Assembly (NCBI GenBank): GCA_017999835.1
Contig: JAGNLA010000005.1
Location: 66,263 to 130,262 of the forward strand
Length of the DNA: 64,000 nucleotides
Direction of reading: 5' to 3'
Source: Caldisericia bacterium
GTDB taxonomy: Bacteria; Caldisericota; Caldisericia; JAAYUI01
In this document: positions 57,569-64,000 of the stretch, in pieces
Layout of the letters: each line of letters begins with the position of its first letter
Numbering within the stretch: position 1 is the first letter of the stretch
The notes under the pieces: generated by a model
Told to the model about the DNA's origin: nothing
Database searches by the model: none
What the model saw: only the letters and a program-made list of their open reading frames with translations
Position numbers and translations under genes: made by a program

Positions 57569-58983
57569 CCGACCCAAAACCAGCCCAGATAACCCACAGC
57601 CAGTGGGACGAGGCTTTCAAACACTTGCCTGAATCAATAAAACATTCCTACCACTACCTGGCCGGAACAGCCCAACAAACCGACTATCTCAACGACTCCA
57701 GGTGCTTTGAGGAGTTTGAGGGTGACACGAGGCTAAGGTCGCTTAAGTTCGACAACTCGCTGGCATCGCTCCGTCTTTGGTCGTTCCTGCTTTCTGAAGA
57801 AGGCAGACTGCACAAGTCCAGGGCTGCAGGCAAAAAAATAATCGGCACCATGAAAGACCTTGGCACAGCATCAATCCTTGCCTATGCCTGTGACAACGCC
57901 ATCGCCTTCTATCCTGACGGCGCATGGTGGGTTCCGTGCGTGATGGAAATGAGCGAAGGTTTACTTCGAGTTGCCGATTCCCTGGGTTTTGGTGACGAGA
58001 TGTGCCCTGCCAGAGCCGCCCTTGCCGCATTTTTTAAAGGCGGTCACTTCCCCATGCCAGATTTGCTTGTTGGCGCTGTTGGTTGCTGCTGCGATGATTT
58101 TTCAGCAATCCAGCAGAGGGTTGCCGATACCGAAATCCCGATTGTCTGGTGGGAACTGCCATACAGGCGAGAAGCTTCGCCTGACGAGCCTTATGAAGTC
58201 ACCCCAACAGGCTTGAAGATTTCAACAAGGCTTGTCGACTTTGTAGTCGGTCAGCTTGGAAAAGTCAAAACAGCCATTGAACAAACCACAGGCCAAACCA
58301 TCACAGACGAAAAACTGAAAATGGCTATCAGTAAGTCAAACCAGATGCGTCGTTTGCTTGGAAAAATCCGTGACCTTTCGTATGGTTCAGCCCCAGTTCC
58401 ATTCCCTTCGCTTGAAACCCAGATTTGTGAGATGCTTGCGCTCCACTTCTGCTCGGAGATGGACGAATCCATCAACGTTTTGGAGCATGTGGCAACCACA
58501 ATTGAGGCAAGAGTCAACAACCACGAAGGTGTTTTTCCGGAGGATTCGTGCAGGTGTGTTTGGGTCAATCCGGTTGCAGACCTTCGCGCCATGAACATGT
58601 TCGAGTCTCTTGGAGGAACGATTGCCGGAACCGAATACCTGTTTCGCCATGCGCTGGTACAAATTCCAACAGACATTGACCCAATGAGGGCACTCGCTCT
58701 TGCAGCCCTTTGCGACCCAATGATTGGCAGCTCCAGTTACCGTGCCCAGCTTGTGGTTGACGAGGCCATCAGATATAGAGCCGAAGGTGTTGTCATCAGC
58801 AACATCCCGGGCGCTTCCCACTGTGCCACCGAAGGCACAATCATCCGTGACTACGTTCATGAGAAAACCGGTTTGCCTGTGCTTGAAATAACGATCCCTC
58901 CGCTTATTGACAGTGAATCAGCCCAGCTTTCCACAAGGTTTGAAGCTTTTTTTGAAACAATCCGCGCAAGGAGAAACAAATGA
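57565..58983 (+). CDS. HGD-D family subunit (HgdA/B-like)
   Basis: 472 aa, with the C-terminal GLPVLEI...RFEAFFETI block. Overlaps the previous gene by 4 nt. Confidence 0.6.
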   Translation: MTDPKPAQITHSQWDEAFKHLPESIKHSYHYLAGTAQQTDYLNDSRCFEEFEGDTRLRSLKFDNSLASLRLWSFLLSEEGRLHKSRAAGKKIIGTMKDLGTASILAYACDNAIAFYPDGAWWVPCVMEMSEGLLRVADSLGFGDEMCPARAALAAFFKGGHFPMPDLLVGAVGCCCDDFSAIQQRVADTEIPIVWWELPYRREASPDEPYEVTPTGLKISTRLVDFVVGQLGKVKTAIEQTTGQTITDEKLKMAISKSNQMRRLLGKIRDLSYGSAPVPFPSLETQICEMLALHFCSEMDESINVLEHVATTIEARVNNHEGVFPEDSCRCVWVNPVADLRAMNMFESLGGTIAGTEYLFRHALVQIPTDIDPMRALALAALCDPMIGSSSYRAQLVVDEAIRYRAEGVVISNIPGASHCATEGTIIRDYVHEKTGLPVLEITIPPLIDSESAQLSTRFEAFFETIRARRNK

Positions 58984-61244
58984 AAACACTTGGCATTGAC
59001 GTTGGCTCAAGATCCGTCAAAGGCGTCATCTATGACTGTATATCCAAATCTGTTCTTGCAAGCGGCGCCATCGACACCTCAACCGACACAAAAAAAGATG
59101 CTGGTGAAATCAGGGATATGCTCTTTGACATGGCAAGCATAACGTCAGTCGACCGCACCGTTGCCACTGGTTACGGCAGGAGTATGGTCGAGTTTGCAAC
59201 CGACATTACAACCGAGATCACCTGTCACGCCATAGGCGTGCTTTCGTTGTTTCCACAAGCAAAAACCATCATCGACATTGGCGGTCAGGATTCAAAGGTC
59301 ATCCACATCGGTGACGGCATAGTCAAAGATTTCACCATGAACGACCGATGTGCAGCCGGCACAGGCAGATTTCTTGAAGTGGTTGCTAGGATTCTGGGAA
59401 CCGACGTTGACGGTATGGCTGAGCTTGCCATGAACTCGACCGGAGAGACTGAGATAAGCTCGATGTGCGTTGTGTTTGCTGAGTCCGAGGTCATCGGCAT
59501 GATGACCCGTGGAACGCCAAGGGAAGAGCTTGCAGCCGGCATCCACAAAGCTATCGCCAGGAGAATCGCTGGCATGGCCGAACGTGGTCGCTATGAGTCA
59601 CCGGTAGTCTTTACCGGAGGAGTTGCAAAAAACAAAGCAATGGTGAGGGCTTTGGGCATCGAACTTCACGAAAGGCTGACAATCCCACCAGACTCGAGAA
59701 TCACCGGAGCACTTGGCGCTGCTTTGCTTGCATCAAGAAAACTAGGTCACACAGGTGAGCTTGAGAACAAAGACATCCAAAGAAACCATAAGGTGCTGCT
59801 TAGCGTTGGTTCTGTCACCGAATCGTCAGGGTCGTGCAATGGAGGAAAGATGGCAAACCTGGTAGATCAAACCAGGTATGAAGACAGCTGCGCATGTGGT
59901 TCTAAACCTGAACCAGTAGCTGTCCAATCCTGTTGCGGAAGCATCTCAGTCTCAGAGGAACCATGCGATTGTCATGAAAGAAAGGCAGAACCATCGCCAT
60001 GTTGTGGGTCAACCCATGAAGTCTCAAAAACCCCTAAGTCCCCAAGCTGTACAAAGCGTCCGACAAGTTGTAGCGAAGCGCCAAAAAATCCTTACGTCCA
60101 CACCGTTCCAGCCCTGACAAGGTTTGACAGGATGGTTCAAAACTCAATCGACTACGCCACCTACGCCAAAAAACAGGGCAAAAAGATTGTCTCGATATTC
60201 TGCGAGTACACACCCAGAGAGCTGGTGCTGGCTGCTGGAGCTGTTCCAGTGTGTGCCTGCGGCGGGTCGCACCAGATGGCGCTTGAGTCCGAAAAGGAAC
60301 TCCCAGCAAACCTTTGCCCTTTGATCAAATCCAGCTACGGCTACCACATTGAGCATGCCAATCCGATTTTTGAGATGAGCGACCTGGTGATTGCCGAAAC
60401 AACCTGTGACGGAAAGAAGAAAATGTATGAGCTGATGGGTCTGGAAAAACCGATGCACATCCTCGAGCTGACCCAAAAACCAGACGAAACCGAAGCGTTT
60501 GACCACTGGCTTGCTGAGGTGAGAAAACTCAAGGAAAAACTGGAAGCACTCACTGGCAACAAAATAACCGATGAAAAGCTCTCAAACGCAATAAAAATGA
60601 TGAACCGCGAAAGAAAACTAAAGAGGGCTATTGCGTCTCTATCATCCAAGGGCTTGAAAGGCTCTGAAATACTGGATGCCAAATCTCTGATAGCCTGCAT
60701 CCCGGAAGACCTTGAGGCTTATCAAGACATCATCGCCCAAGCCAATGCTTTGCCGGATGAAAAGTCAGACAAGCCACGAATTTTGATGACAGGCGTGCCC
60801 ATGCCGCACGGCGCAGAGAAGGTTATCAACCTTATCGAGGAGGCAGGTGCAAAGATTGTGGTTCAGGAAAGCTGCACAGGCGTCAAACCAATTCTGGAAG
60901 ATGTCGATGAAACTGGCGATCCTCTCACAGCAATCGCGCGCAAATACTTCCACCTCGAATGCTCATGCATGACCCCAAACAAAGGCAGATTCGGGCTTAT
61001 TGATAAACTTATCTATGAGTATAAACCGGAGGGCATCATCGACCTTGTCTGGATGGCGTGCCTAACCTACAGCGTGGAATCGGCGTTGCTCAAGCGTCAC
61101 ATTGAAGAGAAACACAAAATGCCGTTCCTCAAAATTGAGACCGACTACAGCCCGTCAGACATCGGCCAACTAAGACTCAGGATCGAAAGCTTCCTGTCGC
61201 TGATTGAGAGCAGGAGAGGCCGCATAGACTCAACAAATCCATAA
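58980..61244 (+). CDS. Fusion of a BadF/BadG/BcrA/BcrD-type activase ATPase, a Cys-rich linker and a HGD-D family domain
   Basis: N-terminal MKTLGIDVGSRSVKGV..DIGGQDSK..FTGG is an acetate/sugar-kinase-fold activase. About 12 Cys lie in about 90 aa of linker. The C-terminus has HGD-D motifs. Confidence 0.7.
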   Translation: MKTLGIDVGSRSVKGVIYDCISKSVLASGAIDTSTDTKKDAGEIRDMLFDMASITSVDRTVATGYGRSMVEFATDITTEITCHAIGVLSLFPQAKTIIDIGGQDSKVIHIGDGIVKDFTMNDRCAAGTGRFLEVVARILGTDVDGMAELAMNSTGETEISSMCVVFAESEVIGMMTRGTPREELAAGIHKAIARRIAGMAERGRYESPVVFTGGVAKNKAMVRALGIELHERLTIPPDSRITGALGAALLASRKLGHTGELENKDIQRNHKVLLSVGSVTESSGSCNGGKMANLVDQTRYEDSCACGSKPEPVAVQSCCGSISVSEEPCDCHERKAEPSPCCGSTHEVSKTPKSPSCTKRPTSCSEAPKNPYVHTVPALTRFDRMVQNSIDYATYAKKQGKKIVSIFCEYTPRELVLAAGAVPVCACGGSHQMALESEKELPANLCPLIKSSYGYHIEHANPIFEMSDLVIAETTCDGKKKMYELMGLEKPMHILELTQKPDETEAFDHWLAEVRKLKEKLEALTGNKITDEKLSNAIKMMNRERKLKRAIASLSSKGLKGSEILDAKSLIACIPEDLEAYQDIIAQANALPDEKSDKPRILMTGVPMPHGAEKVINLIEEAGAKIVVQESCTGVKPILEDVDETGDPLTAIARKYFHLECSCMTPNKGRFGLIDKLIYEYKPEGIIDLVWMACLTYSVESALLKRHIEEKHKMPFLKIETDYSPSDIGQLRLRIESFLSLIESRRGRIDSTNP

Positions 61245-61281
61245 TCGCAAGTTTCACCTGATATTTTTCCAGCTGTTTTCC

Positions 61282-61962
61282 TTAAAAACCTTCCTCAGTC
61301 ACAGCTGTCACGTTTATCCCAAGTGCAGACACATACCCCTGACAAACGCACTGCAGACTCCAGATTGCAATCTGAGTTGGTGAATATTTTGTGCCATCTT
61401 CAATCCACCACACAATCATCGAAATTATCCAGTTTGCCAGACTCGCAACTGCTACTTGAGTAGGCATGACGTCAGTGCTGTTGATCTGTCGGATTGAAAA
61501 CCACGGAGAAGCCTTGAATCTATCATTCAATACTGATGCAGTATAATTGCTTAATTGAATTGAAAACCAAGAGCTTCCTTGTTTTCCAATCATTGCTTTA
61601 TAAAACTTCTCGTGTCTTCTGAAATGTCCAAAAAAAGCAATCCAGGCCTGGATAACACCTTGCATTTCAGAATTGTCATTGACAGTGTGTGTATTCATAT
61701 TCATAGCCCATCCAAGCATCTCCAGCTTTTCAGATCCCAACTCCGCAAGAAGCTCTTCAACTGCATTCTGAAAAATATTTCTCACCAGGTCGTATTTGTC
61801 AGAATAGTGGCGATAGAATGTGGATCGATTTATCATGGCTCGCTTTGCGATGTCACCCACTGATACCGCGTCAAAGCCTTTTTCGGAAATGAGGTCTATC
61901 ATGGTTGACTTTATCAGCTCACGAGTTTTTCTGACTCTGAGATCTTCGAGATTTTGCATCAT
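61282..61962 (-). CDS. TetR/AcrR family transcriptional regulator
   Basis: N-terminal HTH (FDAVSVGDIAKRAMINRSTFYRHY). Confidence 0.8.
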   Translation of the reverse strand: MMQNLEDLRVRKTRELIKSTMIDLISEKGFDAVSVGDIAKRAMINRSTFYRHYSDKYDLVRNIFQNAVEELLAELGSEKLEMLGWAMNMNTHTVNDNSEMQGVIQAWIAFFGHFRRHEKFYKAMIGKQGSSWFSIQLSNYTASVLNDRFKASPWFSIRQINSTDVMPTQVAVASLANWIISMIVWWIEDGTKYSPTQIAIWSLQCVCQGYVSALGINVTAVTEEGF

Positions 61963-61975
61963 AGTTCTCCTATTG

Positions 61976-62056
61976 TTGCATATGCATCAATTATCATTTT
62001 TTGCTTATTGCAGTTGAAATCATTTGTTCTATATATTATGCAACATAAAATTGCAT
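61976..62056. promoter_or_regulatory. Candidate TetR operator palindromes in the divergent promoter region
   Basis: Perfect 10-bp palindrome TGCATATGCA at 61977..61986, and ATGCAA-n7-TTGCAT at 62038..62056. Confidence 0.4.
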
Positions 62057-62092
62057 ATTCCAGAATAGTTGCATTGACAAGAGAGGTCTTAG

Positions 62093-63472
62093 ATGAGCAG
62101 CAACGCGTGGATTCGACGTGACATTGAAATAGCCAGGAGGCTAGGCGTTGACGTCATCGCTGAGAGGCAACGGTCAAGGTTCATTGATATCGTCGCGTTC
62201 GCACGACAAAACTCAGCGTACTATAAAGAGCTTTATAAGGACTTGCCTGAAAATATTGACAATCCTAGACTTCTACCAGTCACTGACAAAAAGAAGCTGA
62301 TGGCCAGATTTGATGATTGGTGTACAGACAGCAATGTGACATTGGCAAAAGTTCGTTCGTTTATTGACAACCCAAACCTTGTTGGTGAGCCATTTCTTGG
62401 TAAATATCTTGCCGTAACATCCTCGGGAACTACTGGCACACGCGGACTGTTCTTGATCGACGACGTATACAGCTCTGTAAACTCGTATCTGTTTTCAAAT
62501 GCTTTGCATGGGTGGCTTAATGTAAAAGAAAAAATGCAGATTCTCGGGAGCGGCGTGAAGATTGCCATTTTGGCAACAACAGGTGGTCATTTTGCCTCCT
62601 GCGCAGGTTATACAAGAATGTGCAAAACAAACCTGTTTGCAAGGTGGGCAATAAACCTGTATTCAGTACAAACACCAATTCCTGAACTCGTTAAAAAACT
62701 TAACAAGCAGAAACCTGCCATAATTTTTGGATATGGCAGCGCCGTTCGAATCCTTGCACAAGAGCAGGTACAAGGACGATTGAACATTAATCCCGTTCTT
62801 ATCATTCCATCTGGTGAGAGTCTTGGAGAACATGAATATGATCAAATCAAAAAACATTTCAGACATAGCAAGATTTCCAATCTATACGGCGCGTCAGAAT
62901 GTTCCTTTATTGGCTCGATGTGCAAACATGGTTGGTACCATGTAAACAGCGACTGGGTCATTATCGAGCCAGTCAATCAAGATTACACACCAACCAGACC
63001 TGGAGAATTGTCCCACACAGTTTTGTTAACGAATCTTGCAAACAAGGTTCAGCCAATCTTGCGATATGATCTTGGCGATAGGGTATTGACCAGAGCTGAC
63101 TCCTGTCCTTGTGGCAATCCCCTTCCTGCAATCCAGATTATAGGGCGAGCTGCCGACATCATGCACTTTGCTACGCTTGACAAGCACGTGGTCTCAATCC
63201 CGCCTCTGGCATTTGCTACTTTAGTTGATAGCATTCCGGGAATAAAGCAGTTTCAGATTGCTCAAACAACAGGAGAGTCACTTTCTATACGTTTGAATTT
63301 GATTGAGGGAGCAGATAGCGAAAGAGTTTGGCAATCTCTATACAGTCAGATTTCAAAACTTCTATCTGAAAGGGAACTTAATCATATTTCAATTGTTCGC
63401 TCCAACGAGCCTCCGCTTCTTTCGCCAAGCGGAAAACTAAGAACAATAATACCTATTGAAGCTAATTTCTAG
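62093..63472 (+). CDS. PaaK/F390-synthetase-like adenylate-forming ligase
   Basis: LAVTSSGTTGTRG P-loop-like AMP-binding motif and the overall family size. Confidence 0.6.
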   Translation: MSSNAWIRRDIEIARRLGVDVIAERQRSRFIDIVAFARQNSAYYKELYKDLPENIDNPRLLPVTDKKKLMARFDDWCTDSNVTLAKVRSFIDNPNLVGEPFLGKYLAVTSSGTTGTRGLFLIDDVYSSVNSYLFSNALHGWLNVKEKMQILGSGVKIAILATTGGHFASCAGYTRMCKTNLFARWAINLYSVQTPIPELVKKLNKQKPAIIFGYGSAVRILAQEQVQGRLNINPVLIIPSGESLGEHEYDQIKKHFRHSKISNLYGASECSFIGSMCKHGWYHVNSDWVIIEPVNQDYTPTRPGELSHTVLLTNLANKVQPILRYDLGDRVLTRADSCPCGNPLPAIQIIGRAADIMHFATLDKHVVSIPPLAFATLVDSIPGIKQFQIAQTTGESLSIRLNLIEGADSERVWQSLYSQISKLLSERELNHISIVRSNEPPLLSPSGKLRTIIPIEANF

Positions 63473-63565
63473 TGTTGAAACCAACATTTGATTGTTTTGT
63501 GTCAATGACCTTTTTTAACAACACAAAATATGCATTGTTTTCTGTGTCTGTAACCGCAATCTACC

Positions 63566-63699
63566 TTCTCAAGCGGTACATCGAGGAAAAACACGGCATG
63601 CCATTCCTCAAAATCGAGACCGACTACAGCCCCTCAGACATCGGCCAACTAAGACTCAGGATTGAAAGCTTCCTGTCGCTGATTGAGAGCAGACTCTGA
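63566..63699 (+). pseudogene. 3' remnant of a paralogous HGD-D gene
   Basis: About 90% nt identity to 61087..61217, the 3' end of the 754-aa gene. The last ~75 nt are near identical, and no homologous upstream part is present. Confidence 0.6.
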
Positions 63700-63706
63700 T
63701 AAAAAA

Positions 63707-64000
63707 TCAGGAATCCAGTTTTGATTTTATCTCAAGAAGCATCTTCTCCATACCCTTCATTCTCTCCTCAAGGGTCTTTTTTTCTTCGTTGGATTCATTT
63801 TTTTGTTTCTTGGCCGTGATCTCCTGATACCCGGAAACAATTATTCCCGCAGGCAAAGCTATCAACCCTACCGAGAGGAGTGTTATGAAAGCGGTTATCA
63901 CTTTGCCCAGCCATGTTATTGGGTAAATATCACCATACCCAACCGTCGTAAGCGTGCATATGGCCCACCACATTGACTCGGGGATGGAGCTGAATTTTCT
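63707..64000 (-). CDS. K+ channel, 3'-partial; the pore region and TVGYGD selectivity filter are visible
   Basis: WWAICTLTTVGYGDIYP. The gene continues past the window end. Confidence 0.7.
   Translation of the reverse strand, partial: RKFSSIPESMWWAICTLTTVGYGDIYPITWLGKVITAFITLLSVGLIALPAGIIVSGYQEITAKKQKNESNEEKKTLEERMKGMEKMLLEIKSKLDS

Noticed and set aside
63472-63565. 5' part of ORF 63472..63699 as a real gene
   Set aside because: Only the 3' 44 codons are homologous to anything, namely the paralog's C-terminus. The upstream codons look random, so this is treated as a gene remnant.
1-64000. CRISPR arrays, IS elements or transposases, integrases, toxin-antitoxin pairs, rRNA genes and tRNA-Sec
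   Set aside because: A scan of intergenic regions and ORF translations found no regularly spaced direct repeats, no transposase or integrase-like proteins, and no additional tRNA-like folds beyond tRNA-Trp.

Overview
This 64 kb window reads as bacterial chromosomal DNA, about 45-48% GC by eye, with densely packed and often 4-nt-overlapping genes, most likely from an anaerobe that uses selenocysteine. Recognisable core genes are proS, an lpdA-type flavoprotein, the tRNA-Trp-secE-nusG-rplK-rplA-rplJ-rplL cluster, tsaE, the complete phoB-phoR-pstSCAB-phoU locus, mscL and a Fe-S aldo/keto reductase. Between them sit five large secreted proteins that all end in tandem copper-amine-oxidase N-terminal-like (CuAO-N) domains, and a selD whose ORF contains an in-frame TGA, consistent with a selenoprotein. 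There is also a 5-gene coupled operon around a radical SAM enzyme, a glycosyltransferase with an RGG-rich low-complexity tail, and a low-GC island encoding a hyper-acidic protein. The most unusual locus is a methyltransferase plus three 2-hydroxyacyl-CoA-dehydratase-like proteins, one fused to an activase ATPase through a Cys-rich linker. It is followed by a TetR regulator and an adenylating-ligase module, and then by a diverged duplicate of the dehydratase gene's 3' end, which marks a rearrangement. No CRISPR array, IS element or rRNA gene was seen. All calls rest on reading the sequence and ORF translations by eye; no database search was run.
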